In this document: positions 18,353 through 28,224 of the stretch, in pieces
Layout of the letters: every line of letters starts with the position of its first letter
How positions within the stretch are numbered: the stretch's first letter is position 1
Assembly (NCBI GenBank): GCA_963763655.1
Contig: CAVXPY010000050.1
Location: forward strand, 25,809-89,808
Reading direction: 5' to 3'
DNA length: 64,000 nucleotides
DNA from: an uncultured Chloroflexia bacterium
GTDB lineage: Bacteria > Chloroflexota > Chloroflexia > Thermomicrobiales > JALYUS01
Notes under the pieces: generated by a model
Told to the model about the DNA's origin: nothing
What the model saw: only the letters and a program-made list of their open reading frames with translations
The model's database searches: none
Translations under genes and position numbers: made by a program

Positions 18353-20671
18353 ATGCAGCGCCCCACACTGAAGGGCACATGGTCCGAGCCTGCCGTACGC
18401 GTCCTGCGCGAGCGGTACCTCTGGAAGAAGGACGGTCAGTTCCTCGAAGATGAGGATGGCCTCTGCTGGCGCGTCGCCACTGCGGTCGCGCAGGCGGAAA
18501 CGAACTACGGCGGCGATGTCTATGCGGTCGCCTCGCAGTTCTACGAAGTGCTCGTCACCGGCAAGTTCCTCGCCAACTCCCCCACTCTGATGAACGCGGG
18601 CAAGGACAACGGCCTGCAACTCTCCGCCTGCTTCGTCCTCCCCGTCGAGGACACGATCGAAGGTATATTCGATGCTGTGAAATATGCGGCAATCATACAT
18701 AAGTCAGGTGGTGGAACAGGTTTTTCTTTCTCTAGGCTTCGGCCAGAGGGAAGCACTGTTGGCACGAGCCAGGGCGTGGCGAGCGGCCCCGTCTCCTTCA
18801 TGCGCATCTTCGACGCCGCCACCGAGCAGGTGAAGCAGGGCGGCACGCGGCGCGGCGCGAACATGGGCATCTTGCGCGTCGATCACCCGGACGTCGAGAA
18901 GTTCATCACCTGCAAGCTGGATGGCGGCGTGACGAACTTCAATATCTCCGTCGCCGCCACCGATACCTTCATGCAGGCCGTCAAGGACGACACCGAGTAC
19001 GACCTAATCGAGCCGCATAGCGGGGAAGTCGCTGGCAAGAAGCGTGCGCGGGAAGTCTGGGATCAGATCGTCGATGCCGCGTGGCGCTCCGGTGATCCCG
19101 GTTTCGTCTTCATCGACCGTGCCAACAATAGCAAAAGCAATCCGACTCCCGCGATTGAATTGCTTGAAGCTACTAATCCATGTGGCGAACAGTGGCTTGG
19201 TCCGTATGATGCGTGCAATCTCGGTTCTATTAACCTTGCAGCAACGACCAAGCGGGTGGGTGAGTCGGTTTTCCTCGATTGGGAGGAGTTGGAGCGGGTG
19301 ACGCGCCTGACCGTCCGCTTCCTCGACGACGTGATCGATGTCAATCCGCTGCCGCTGCCGCAGATTCAGGAAAAGGTGCGCGCGAACCGGCGCATCGGCC
19401 TCGGCGTGATGGGTTGGGCGGACCTGCTCTTCCTGCTCGGCATCCCGTACGACTCCGACGACGCACTGAAGCTCGGTGAAGAGATCATGGCGAAGATCGA
19501 CGAGTGGGGCTGGTCCGCCTCGCGCGATCTTGCCAAGGAGCGCGGCCCCTTCCCGAACTTCCCCGAGAGCATCTATGCGAACGATGCACCCGTCCGCAAC
19601 GGCACGGTGACGACGGTCGCGCCGACGGGCAGCATCAGCATCCTCGCGGATTGCTCCAGCGGCATCGAGCCGATCTTTGCCCTCGCCTTCCAGCACCGCG
19701 TCAAGCAGGGCAAGGAGTATCGCATCCTCAACTTCGTCAACCCGATCTTCAAGGCGGAGATGGAGCGGCGCGGCCTGTGGAGCGAGGCGCTGGAGCAGCA
19801 TCTGATCGCGACGGGCAGCGTCAAGGATGCACCGGGTATCCCGGAAGAGATTCAGCGCGTTTACGTGACGGCGCAGGAGATCTCACCGGAATGGCATGTA
19901 CGGCAGCAGGCCGCGTGGCAGAAATATGTCGATAACTCGATCTCTAAGACGGTCAACATGCCGAATCAGGCGACCCGTGAGGAGATCGCCGAAGCGTACA
20001 TGAGCGCCTACGATACCGGCTGCAAGGGCATCACCGTCTTCCGCGACGGCTGCAAGAGCGAGCAGGTACTCAATATCGGCGTCAAAGAGAGCAATGAGCA
20101 GGCAGCGACACCTCCTGTGGTCGCTCCTGCTGAGTCCGGTAGTGGTACGCCGACGGCGGCAACGCTTGCCACGATCAAGCCGCGCCCGGACCTCGTGCAG
20201 GGATACACGCGCAAGCTCACCGCGCCGGAAGGCAAGGTCTACATCACGATCAACTCCGATGATGAGGGGCCATTGGAGGTCTTCGCCACGATTGGTCGCG
20301 CCGGTTCGGACATCGAGGCGATGGCAGACGGCATGGGGCGATTGATCTCGCTCACCCTCCGACTCCCCTCGACGCTCTCGCAGGGTGAGCGCGCGAAGGC
20401 GGTCGCCGAGCAATTGCGCGGCATCGGTGGCTCGCGGTCGGTCGGTTTCGGCCCGGCACAGGTCCGCTCGTTGCCGGATGCGATCGGCAAAGCGATTGCC
20501 ATGCACTTCGGCGAGGCAGTCACGAACGGCCACGGCGCACCTGCGGCAGTCGGGATCACCGAGAAAGCGCCGCAACCCTCCGGCAACCTCTGCCCGCAGT
20601 GCGGTTCCGCCGCCTTCGTCCTCGAAGAGGGCTGCAAGAAGTGCCACTCCTGCGGCTACAGCGAGTGCTAG
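18353..20671 (+). CDS. nrdJ: adenosylcobalamin-dependent (class II) ribonucleotide reductase
   Basis: MQRPTLKGTWSEPAVRVLRERYL.., TLMNAGKDNGLQLSACFVLPVEDTIEG, HKSGGGTGFSFSRLRPEG and NPCGEQ are typical NrdJ blocks. C-terminal zinc ribbon CPQCGS..CKKCHSCGYSEC. ATG 18353 chosen within ORF 18191... Confidence 0.9.
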   Translation: MQRPTLKGTWSEPAVRVLRERYLWKKDGQFLEDEDGLCWRVATAVAQAETNYGGDVYAVASQFYEVLVTGKFLANSPTLMNAGKDNGLQLSACFVLPVEDTIEGIFDAVKYAAIIHKSGGGTGFSFSRLRPEGSTVGTSQGVASGPVSFMRIFDAATEQVKQGGTRRGANMGILRVDHPDVEKFITCKLDGGVTNFNISVAATDTFMQAVKDDTEYDLIEPHSGEVAGKKRAREVWDQIVDAAWRSGDPGFVFIDRANNSKSNPTPAIELLEATNPCGEQWLGPYDACNLGSINLAATTKRVGESVFLDWEELERVTRLTVRFLDDVIDVNPLPLPQIQEKVRANRRIGLGVMGWADLLFLLGIPYDSDDALKLGEEIMAKIDEWGWSASRDLAKERGPFPNFPESIYANDAPVRNGTVTTVAPTGSISILADCSSGIEPIFALAFQHRVKQGKEYRILNFVNPIFKAEMERRGLWSEALEQHLIATGSVKDAPGIPEEIQRVYVTAQEISPEWHVRQQAAWQKYVDNSISKTVNMPNQATREEIAEAYMSAYDTGCKGITVFRDGCKSEQVLNIGVKESNEQAATPPVVAPAESGSGTPTAATLATIKPRPDLVQGYTRKLTAPEGKVYITINSDDEGPLEVFATIGRAGSDIEAMADGMGRLISLTLRLPSTLSQGERAKAVAEQLRGIGGSRSVGFGPAQVRSLPDAIGKAIAMHFGEAVTNGHGAPAAVGITEKAPQPSGNLCPQCGSAAFVLEEGCKKCHSCGYSEC

Positions 20672-20674
20672 ACG

Positions 20675-20704
20675 AGTAGTCAGTAGACGGTAGTCAGTAG
20701 TCAG
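20675..20704. repeat. tandem 7-nt repeat array (AGTAGNC x4), half-element
   Basis: AGTAGTC AGTAGAC GGTAGTC AGTAGTC starts 4 nt after the nrdJ stop. No inverted partner seen here. Confidence 0.7.
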
Positions 20705-20818
20705 AAATCATTCCTGCTCCGGGCGATAAACCCGGAGCGGTCTCTCCTCACCATTTGCATCTGCATATTCGTGGAATTGGGTAACGCGCCCGGCGCGCCA
20801 CCTTGGGAGGTTACTGCC

Positions 20819-23622
20819 ATGTCATCCCCGTCCCTCTCGTCGCACACGAACGGTTCCCACACGTTGCCGACAGTCACGAAACGCGATGGTTCAACGGCCA
20901 CCTTTGACGGCGAGCGCATCCGCGTCGCGATCGAGAAGGCGTTCCGCGCCGAACTCGATCTCTCCACCGATATTCCCCTCGCACCTGAGACAGCGGCGAA
21001 GATCGCCGCTCTCGCAACAGGCGTGGTGGTCTGGTGCCAGGAGCAGGCGGACGATGTGCGGGTCGAGCAGATTCAGGATGAGGTCGAGCGCGCGTTGATG
21101 CGCACCGGGGAGCACGGCGTCGCGCGGCGCTACATTCTCTACCGTGAGGCCCGCGCCGAGGAGCGGCGAGCCCGCATCCTCACGTACCGGCGGGCGGATG
21201 GCAGCGAGGCGGAACTGGAACACGACGCGCTCCGCCAGCGGATCGAGGAGGCGTGCGCGGGCCTCGGTGACGACCTCGCCGCGCCAGTCTTCGCTGAGGC
21301 AATCGCCAGCGTCTACAACGGCATCACCGAGCGCGAGATCGACCAGGCAATTCATTCTCGCCGCCCGCGCCCGTTTCGAGCGCGAGCCCGCCTACACCTA
21401 TGTCGCCGCCCGCCTCCTCCTCACGACGCTCTACGCGGAGACCTTCGGCACGCCAACCACGCTCGCCCAAGCGGCAGATGGCTATCGCGGCTCTGTCGCA
21501 CGCTACATCGCAACGGGGATCGCGGCGGAAATGCTCGATCCTGCCCTTGCGACTTTCGACCTTAATCGGATCGCCGCCGCCCTTCGACCGGAACGCGATC
21601 TCGCCTTCAACTATCTCGGCCTCCAGACACTCTATGACCGCTACCTGTTGCAGACGCAGGGACGGCGCTACGAGCCGCCGCAACTCTTCTGGATGCGCGT
21701 CGCGATGGGCCTCGCGCTCAATGAAGAGGACCGCGAGGGGCGCGCGATCGCCTTCTACGATCTCATCTCGCAGTTCGCCTTCACGCCCTCCTCCCCGACG
21801 CTTTTCAACGCGGGCACCCGCCATCCGCAACTCTCCTCCTGCTTCCTGACGACGGTGCCGGACGACCTCGGGGCGATCTTCAAGTGCGTGCGCGATAACG
21901 CCCTCCTCTCGAAGTGGAGCGGCGGCCTCGGCAACGACTGGACGAATGTCCGCGCCCTCGGCGCGCACATCAAGGGGACGAATGGCAACAGCCAGGGCAT
22001 CATCCCCTTCCTCAAAGTCGCCAACGACACCGCCATCGCCGTCAATCAGGGCGGCAAGCGGAAGGGGGCGGTCTGCGCCTATCTGGAGCCGTGGCACCTC
22101 GACATCGAGGAATTTCTCGAACTGCGCCGCAACACCGGCGATGACCGCCGCCGCACGCACGACATGAATACCGCGCTCTGGATCAGCGATCTCTTCATGA
22201 AGCGCGTCGCAGCGGGCGGCGAATGGACCCTCTTCAGCCCGAGCGACGTGCCGGACCTCCACGACAGCTACGGTCGGGCCTTCGAGGAGTGCTACACACA
22301 GTACGAAGCGATGGCCCGCGCGGGCGCAATCACCCTCACGCGCACCCTCCCTGCGGTGGATCTCTGGCGCAAGATGCTGACAATGCTCTTCGAGACGGGC
22401 CACCCGTGGATCACCTTCAAGGACCCCGCAAATATCCGCTCCCCGCAGGATCACGCGGGCGTCGTCCATAGCTCGAATCTCTGCACGGAAATCCTGCTCA
22501 ATACCTCCGCCAATGAGACCGCCGTCTGCAATCTCGGCTCGATCAACCTGCCCGCGCACCTCACCGATGGCGCGCTCGATCTCGCCCGCCTCAAGGCGAC
22601 GGTGCGGGACTGCGGTGCGGATGCTCGATAACGTCATCGACCTCACCTACTACCCGACGGACGAGGCGCGCGCCGCGAACCTGCGCCATCGCCCCGTCGG
22701 GCTCGGCATCATGGGCTTCCAGGACGCGCTCTACGCGCTCGGCGTCAGCTATGCGAGCGAGGAAGCGATCACCTTCGCGGACCGGAGCATGGAGGCGATC
22801 TCTTACTTCGCCATCCTCGCCTCCACCGAACTGGCCGCCGAACGCGGCGCGTACCCGAGTTACGAGGGGTCGAAATGGTCCTTCGGCGTCCTGCCCATCG
22901 ATAGCATTCGCCTCCTTGAGGAGCAGCGCGGACTGCCGGTGGAGATGGATCGCACGACGACGCTGCCCTGGGAGAAGGTGCGCAACGCCGTCTGGGAATA
23001 CGGGATGCGCAACAGCAATGTGATGGCGATTGCGCCGACCGCGACGATCTCCAACATCGTCGGCACCTCCCAATCTATCGAGCCGGCCTACAAGAACCTC
23101 TACGTCAAGAGCAACATGTCCGGCGACTTCACGCAGATCAATACCGCGCTCGTCGCGGATCTGAAGCGCCTCGGGCTCTGGGACGCCGAAATGCTAGACG
23201 ACCTGAAGTATTACGATGGCTCGCTCCTCGACATCGCGCGCATCCCGGACGCGATCAAGCAGCGCTACCTCACCGCCTTCGAGGTCGATCCGTCCTGGCT
23301 GATCGAGGCTGCCAGCCGCCGCCAGAAATGGATCGACATGGGCCAGTCTCTCAACCTCTACATGGTCCAGCCGAGCGGCAAGGCGCTCTCGGAGATGTAT
23401 TTCCTCGCCTGGCACAAGGGACTCAAGACGACCTACTATCTGCGCACCCTCGCCGCCACGCAAGTCGAGAAATCGACGCTGGACATCAACCGCCGCGCCA
23501 TCCAACCCCGCTGGATGAAGAGCGAGAGCGCATCCCGCAACATCCAGATCCACCGCCCCGCTACCGCAGTCGACGAAACCACCGCCTGCAATCTCGGCGA
23601 AGAGTGCGAAGCCTGTCAGTAA
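20819..23622 (+). pseudogene. nrdA: class I ribonucleotide reductase alpha subunit with N-terminal ATP-cone; two apparent frameshifts (~21350, ~22606)
   Basis: ATG 20819 follows GGGAGG. ATP-cone block VTKRDGSTATFDGERIRVAIEKAF. Homology continues across three frames (ORFs 20771.., 21144.., 22513..). C-terminal [11 protein letters not shown] redox tail. The second shift is an extra G in CGGGAC. Confidence 0.85.
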
Positions 23623-23634
23623 CGAGCAGCTCCT

Positions 23635-23705
23635 CCCCTCTCCATCGCCTATTGATCGAGGTAAAGAGAGGTTTGTACGGCGATGGAGAGGGGCCGGGGG
23701 TGAGG
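23635..23705. repeat. family-A hairpin element (CCCCTCTCCATCGCC-29 nt loop-GGCGATGGAGAGGGG-CCGGGGGTGAGG)
   Basis: Perfect 15-bp arms at 23635-23649 and 23679-23693. Lies between nrdA and nrdB. Confidence 0.85.
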
Positions 23706-23716
23706 CATGAGGAGAA

Positions 23717-24784
23717 ATGAGGAACACGATGACACTAACCTTCGATGAGAACACGACGGAAACGATGGCAGCGCGTGTGGATGCGCGGAACAAGCGGCTC
23801 ATCAACTGCTCGCAGGTCGATGTCAATCAGTTGATGCCCCTCAAATACTTCTGGGCATGGGAGCACTACACGAACGGCTGCGCGAACCAATGGATGCCCA
23901 CGGAAGTTGCCATGGGCAAGGACATCGAGACGTGGCGCTCGCACGACCTCACCCCGGACGAACGGCTCGTCATCATGCGCAACCTCGGCTTCTTCTCGAC
24001 TGCCGAAAGTCTGGTGGGCAATAACCTTGTGCTCGCCCTCTTCAAGCACATCACGAACCCGGAATGCCGCCAATATCTCCTGCGGCAGGCATTCGAGGAG
24101 GCCGTGCATACGCACACTTTCCTCTACATCGTCGAGAGTTTGGGGTTGGATGAGCGCGAAGTCTTCAATATGTACCACGAAGTCCCCGCCATCGCCCGCA
24201 AAGACGCCTTCGAGATGGAGTTGACCGCGTCCGTCCTCGACCCGGATTTCTCGACGGAGACCTTCGCGGGCGCGCAGAAGCTTTTGGAAAATCTGATCGG
24301 CTACTACCTCATCATGGAAGGCATCTTCTTCTACACCGGCTTCGTGATGATTCTCTCCTTCCACCGCCGCAACCGGATGACGGGGATCGGCGAGCAGTTC
24401 CAGTACATCCTGCGCGACGAGACGACGCATCTCAACTTCGGTATCGACCTCATCAACGGTATCAAGGAGGAGAACCCGGCGCTCTGGACGCCGCAGTTCC
24501 AGGCGCACATCATCGACCTCATCCGGCAGGCGGTCGAGTTGGAAATCACCTACGCGGAGGATTGCCTGCCGAACGGCATCCTCGGGCTGAAAGGCGCGCT
24601 CTTCCGTCAGTACGTCCAGCATATCGCAGACCGCCGCCTGGAGCGGATCGGCCTCACCGCGCAGTACGGCTCACCGAACCCCTTCCCGTGGATGAGCGAG
24701 ACGATGGACCTCGGCAAGGAAAAGAACTTCTTCGAGACCCGCGTCAACGAATACCAATCCGCCGCGTCGCTCAACTGGGAGTAG
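23717..24784 (+). CDS. nrdB: class I ribonucleotide reductase beta subunit, class Ic-like (Phe at radical site, Glu as first metal ligand)
   Basis: Ligand pattern E97 (FFSTAESLV), E128/H131 (FEEAVH), E (IMEGIFFY) and E/H (RDETTH), with spacings of 31, 34 and 34 residues. Residue H+4 is Phe (HTHTF, codon 24119-24121) instead of the radical Tyr. Confidence 0.85.
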   Translation: MRNTMTLTFDENTTETMAARVDARNKRLINCSQVDVNQLMPLKYFWAWEHYTNGCANQWMPTEVAMGKDIETWRSHDLTPDERLVIMRNLGFFSTAESLVGNNLVLALFKHITNPECRQYLLRQAFEEAVHTHTFLYIVESLGLDEREVFNMYHEVPAIARKDAFEMELTASVLDPDFSTETFAGAQKLLENLIGYYLIMEGIFFYTGFVMILSFHRRNRMTGIGEQFQYILRDETTHLNFGIDLINGIKEENPALWTPQFQAHIIDLIRQAVELEITYAEDCLPNGILGLKGALFRQYVQHIADRRLERIGLTAQYGSPNPFPWMSETMDLGKEKNFFETRVNEYQSAASLNWE

Positions 24785-24833
24785 CGGCGGACAGTTTGAC
24801 GGGTTTCCTTGCCCTCGCTGGCACCATCCATCC

Positions 24834-24927
24834 GTAGGGGCGGTTCGCGAACCGCCCGCGTTCCTGCGCCACACCCCTCAGTCAGCAGTACACCACCGCA
24901 GATGGGCGGTTCGCGAACCGCCCCTAC
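24834..24927. repeat. pair of perfect 20-bp palindromes GGGCGGTTCGCGAACCGCCC with inverted GTAG/CTAC flanks
   Basis: GTAGGGGCGGTTCGCGAACCGCCC at 24834-24857 and GGGCGGTTCGCGAACCGCCCCTAC at 24904-24927. Confidence 0.85.
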
Positions 24928-25035
24928 GGACGCATCACGTCATTACTATCGCGAAAGAGTATGAGGTTATAATCCCCCTACGGCGGTCCTCCCCACTGCT
25001 GGAGATGACGCTATTGATCGTAGGGTAGATGAAGC

Positions 25036-25524
25036 ATGGCGATCCCGTCCGGTCCGGTCGCGGTTCAGCTATTGGCAGACAACGAGGAGTTGATCGCCGC
25101 CATCGGTGAACTGCGATGGCGAGAGTGGGGGCACGCGCCCGAGCCCGAAGACCGCGATTGGTGGATCGATGTCACGGCCCGCGAAGCGGGGTGCGACCGT
25201 ATACCCATTACATGGGTAGCGATTGATGAGCATGGCGAACCACTCGGTGCAGTGGGACTCGGCGAGTTCGATATCGAAGAACGGCGGGATCGCTCGCCTT
25301 GGGTGTTGGGGATGATCGTCCGGCCCAACCGCCGGGGAATGGGCATCGGCAGACTGCTTCTGTCCTCTCTCGAAGGGTGGGCGGGAACCCATGGATATAC
25401 GCAGGTGTGGGTCGCGAACGAAGGGCCAGCCATCGGCTTCTATCGGAAGTGTGGGTGGGAATTGAGCGAAACGCTCCAACGCGCATCGGGAGAAGCAGTA
25501 GCGGTGCTCACAAAATCTCTCTGA
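25036..25524 (+). CDS. GNAT family N-acetyltransferase
   Basis: 162-aa ORF. Acetyl-CoA binding motif VRPNRRGMGIGRLLLSSLEGWA. Confidence 0.75.
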   Translation: MAIPSGPVAVQLLADNEELIAAIGELRWREWGHAPEPEDRDWWIDVTAREAGCDRIPITWVAIDEHGEPLGAVGLGEFDIEERRDRSPWVLGMIVRPNRRGMGIGRLLLSSLEGWAGTHGYTQVWVANEGPAIGFYRKCGWELSETLQRASGEAVAVLTKSL

Positions 25525-25672
25525 GGTCGAACGTGCCATGCCCTCGCACGGAGCGCGTGCTTCTGGGAGGCCGGTATGAAGCCGCCGAGCGCGCGGAGAC
25601 ATTCGGCAACATATACAATGATCTCCAGCATCGGACGATAATCATCCAATCGGTAGCAGGGGAGGGACAGCG

Positions 25673-26596
25673 ATGAGCATTTCCTTTGGTATCCACGTCG
25701 GGCAGCAGAATATCACGATGGAGGAGATGCGCCGCCTGTGGACGTATGCGGACAACAACGGCTTCGGCTGGCTCTCGATCTGGGACCATATGTATTGCGC
25801 CACAGACGAGACCGAGCCGCACTACGAGGCGGTCGCCTCGCTCGCCGCCCTCGCTTGCGATACGAAGAACCTGCGCTGCGGCTGCATGGTCTTCGCGGTG
25901 CCGTACCGCAATCTCGGCCTGCTCGCCAAGTCCTTCATCACCCTCAATCACCTCTCCGGCGGGCGATTCGAGCCGGGACTGGGTGCGGGCTGGCACGAGC
26001 CGGAGTTCCGCGCTTTCGGCTACGAGTTCGCGCCGATCAAGCAGCGCATGGACATGCTGGACGAGGGCATGCAGGTGATGCGCAGCTTTATCGATAACGA
26101 GGTGACGGACCACCACGGCCCCTTCTTCGACTTCACGAACGCCTACATGAACCCGCGCCCGGTCGGTAAGCTACCGCTCTGGATCGGCGGACGGGGCGAG
26201 AAGCGGACGGCGCGCATGGCCGCGAAGTATGCGGACGGCTGGAACATCGCTTACGTTTCGCCGGACGATCTCGCGCACAAGATGGAGGTGTTGCGCCATT
26301 GGTGCGAGGTCGAGGCGCGCGACCCGGCACAGGTCACCGTCGCAACGCAACTCGGCTTTTTCATGGCCGCCGCGGACGATCCCGCGACGATGGCGGCGAC
26401 CGAAGCGGAGATGCATCGCAAGGTGCCGCACCAAGACCCGGCGGGCCAACTGATCGGCAGCCCAGCACAAGTCGCCGATCGGCTACGGCAGTACGAGGCA
26501 ATCGGCGTCAAGGAAATCAACCTCGCCATCCGCCCGCCCGTGGACTGGGCCGCACTCGAGACCTTCGTCAAAGAAGTCATGCCGCAGTTCGAGTAG
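25673..26596 (+). CDS. LLM-class (luciferase-like) F420/flavin-dependent oxidoreductase
   Basis: 307-aa ORF; RBS GGAGGGA. GRFEPGLGAGWHEPEFRAFGYEF and LWIGGRGEKRTARMAAKYADGWN are typical of the LLM family. Confidence 0.8.
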   Translation: MSISFGIHVGQQNITMEEMRRLWTYADNNGFGWLSIWDHMYCATDETEPHYEAVASLAALACDTKNLRCGCMVFAVPYRNLGLLAKSFITLNHLSGGRFEPGLGAGWHEPEFRAFGYEFAPIKQRMDMLDEGMQVMRSFIDNEVTDHHGPFFDFTNAYMNPRPVGKLPLWIGGRGEKRTARMAAKYADGWNIAYVSPDDLAHKMEVLRHWCEVEARDPAQVTVATQLGFFMAAADDPATMAATEAEMHRKVPHQDPAGQLIGSPAQVADRLRQYEAIGVKEINLAIRPPVDWAALETFVKEVMPQFE

Positions 26597-26660
26597 GCAG
26601 TAGACAGTAGTCAGAAGGGTTGCGGGTCACTGCCTACTGCCTACTGTCTACTGTCTACTC
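26592..26660. repeat. hairpin of tandem 7-nt units (AGTAGNC / GNCTACT)
   Basis: AGTAGGCAGTAGACAGTAGTCAG ... CACTGCCTACTGCCTACTGTCTACTGTCTACTC. The stop codon TAG (26594-26596) lies inside the first unit. Confidence 0.85.
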
Positions 26661-26673
26661 ACAGGGGAGCGCA

Positions 26674-27489
26674 ATGAGCCAGCCAGTGCGATCGGTCTGG
26701 GACAATGTGGATCGGACGGCGGACCCGCACTGGTACCGCAATTATCTGGACGCGTTCAATGCGATGGAGACGGTGCGGGCGTGGAAAGAACGATTCTTCG
26801 CGATGTTTGCGGTCCGACCGAGGCAGCACCTGCTCGATGTTGGCTGCGGGTTGGGCGGGGATGCGCTCGCGCTCGCGAGGCAGGTGGGTGAGGGCGGTCG
26901 CGTCGTCGGGGTGGACAATAGCGCGCAATTGATCGTCGAGGCACGTGAGCGCATCGCGGATTCCGCCTTGCCGGTGGAGTATCACGTCGGGGACATCTAC
27001 GCGCTCGACTTCCCCGATGCCACCTTCGATGGCTGCCGCGCCGATCGTGTCTTCCAACACCTCGACCGGCCCGGCGATGCCCTCGCCGAACTGATCCGCG
27101 TCACGAAAACCGGCGGGCGGATCGTCGTCGGGGACCCCGATTGGGAGACGCTGGTTGTCGATGCGCCGCAGCGTGACGTGACACGAACCATCCTCAACTT
27201 CGTCTGCGACAGCCACCGCAATGCCTGGATGGGTCGCCAACTCCCTGCCCACTTCCATGCAGCGGGGTTGAGCGCTGTCACAATCGCCGCTGATACCCTC
27301 CTCTTCACCGACTACGCTCTCGCCGATCTCACCGTCGCCCTCGGGACGCGCGTGCAGCAGGCAGAGGACGCCCAGGTGATCACCGAGCATGAGGCCGCCG
27401 AATGGCTGGACGCACTCGCGGCTGCGGCAAACGCCGGTCGATTCTTCGCTGCCATGACCTGCGTAACGGTCAGTGGGCAGAAACCCTGA
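26674..27489 (+). CDS. class I SAM-dependent methyltransferase
   Basis: ATG 26674 follows GGGGAG. Motif I LLDVGCGLGGD and post-I VVGVDNS. Confidence 0.75.
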   Translation: MSQPVRSVWDNVDRTADPHWYRNYLDAFNAMETVRAWKERFFAMFAVRPRQHLLDVGCGLGGDALALARQVGEGGRVVGVDNSAQLIVEARERIADSALPVEYHVGDIYALDFPDATFDGCRADRVFQHLDRPGDALAELIRVTKTGGRIVVGDPDWETLVVDAPQRDVTRTILNFVCDSHRNAWMGRQLPAHFHAAGLSAVTIAADTLLFTDYALADLTVALGTRVQQAEDAQVITEHEAAEWLDALAAAANAGRFFAAMTCVTVSGQKP

Positions 27490-27618
27490 CAAGGTAACGC
27501 GCTCCTCAATCCGCAGCATCAATGGTTCGTGCTCGGAATAGCTTTCCCCTCGCCCAATAGCGGAATGTCTCAGGGTCTGTCCAATCGCTGGCGGGGTTGA
27601 CGCGATCGATTATGATGT

Positions 27619-27632
27619 TCACGTAAACGTGA
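27619..27632. promoter_or_regulatory. perfect 6-2-6 palindrome TCACGT-AA-ACGTGA upstream of merR-like gene
   Basis: Lies 35 nt upstream of ATG 27667. Candidate operator; no convincing -35/-10 pair identified. Confidence 0.3.
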
Positions 27633-27666
27633 GGTTTGATGCAGGAACGCATCACAACAAGGGGAC

Positions 27667-28137
27667 ATGATGACCGTATCCACTGCCATGCAATATTCCA
27701 TTGATGAAGTCGCCCGGAGGACCGGGCTGACTGCGCGCACGCTGCGGTTCTATGAGGAAGTGGGCTTGCTCGACCCACCAACGCGCACCGAGGGCGGGCA
27801 CCGCAAATACCGCGATGCAGATATCCGCCGCATCGAGCGGATCAAAGAACTGAAGGAACTCCTCGGCTACTCCTTGGCCGACTTGCAAACGATCCTCACG
27901 GCAACCGAGCAGCGCGGCACGATTCGCGAGGCATACAAGAGCGACCCTGACCCCGCGCACCGGCTGGCGCAGGTCGCTGCGGCCTACGCCCTCGTCTCGG
28001 AGCAACTTGGCGTCGTGCAATCACGTATCGACCGTCTCATGCGCCTCCAGGATGAGTACCGAGGAGTGCGACACCGCCTCGAAGCGGAGCGCGACCGCTT
28101 GCAGGCAGTCCTTGCGACGACATCGGAGGAGAGATGA
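27667..28137 (+). CDS. MerR family transcriptional regulator
   Basis: N-terminal HTH YSIDEVARRTGLTARTLRFYEEVGLLDPP..GHRKY, followed by a coiled-coil. Confidence 0.85.
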   Translation: MMTVSTAMQYSIDEVARRTGLTARTLRFYEEVGLLDPPTRTEGGHRKYRDADIRRIERIKELKELLGYSLADLQTILTATEQRGTIREAYKSDPDPAHRLAQVAAAYALVSEQLGVVQSRIDRLMRLQDEYRGVRHRLEAERDRLQAVLATTSEER

Positions 28138-28224
28138 GTACGCCCCGCACCACCACGTCCGACTGCGACGCCCCGTGGCTTTCACGAACTCGACCGCAAG
28201 CAACTGATCTGGACCGTCGCGGGG

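Noticed and set aside
20675-20704. Possible CRISPR arrays at the 7-nt tandem repeat loci
   Set aside because: The units are 7 nt and contiguous with no spacers. They are arranged as inverted arrays, not 25-40-nt repeats separated by unique spacers. There are no cas genes in the window.
21324-22646. Long antisense ORFs opposite well-supported genes. Examples: 21324..22646 (-), 5085..5990 (-), 19004..19801 (-), 23735..24622 (-), 32924..34084 (+), 42887..44296 (+), 55310..56407 (-), 50874..52220 (-), 12724..13707 (+), 62630..63445 (-)
   Set aside because: Their translations are Arg/Gly/Asp/His-rich with no motifs and mirror strongly conserved genes on the other strand. This is typical of shadow ORFs in high-GC DNA.
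24834-24927. tRNA-like T-arm sequence (GGTTCG..CGAACC)
   Set aside because: It is part of a perfect 20-bp palindrome repeated twice, with no acceptor, D or anticodon arms. I found no tRNA or rRNA anywhere in the window by eye.
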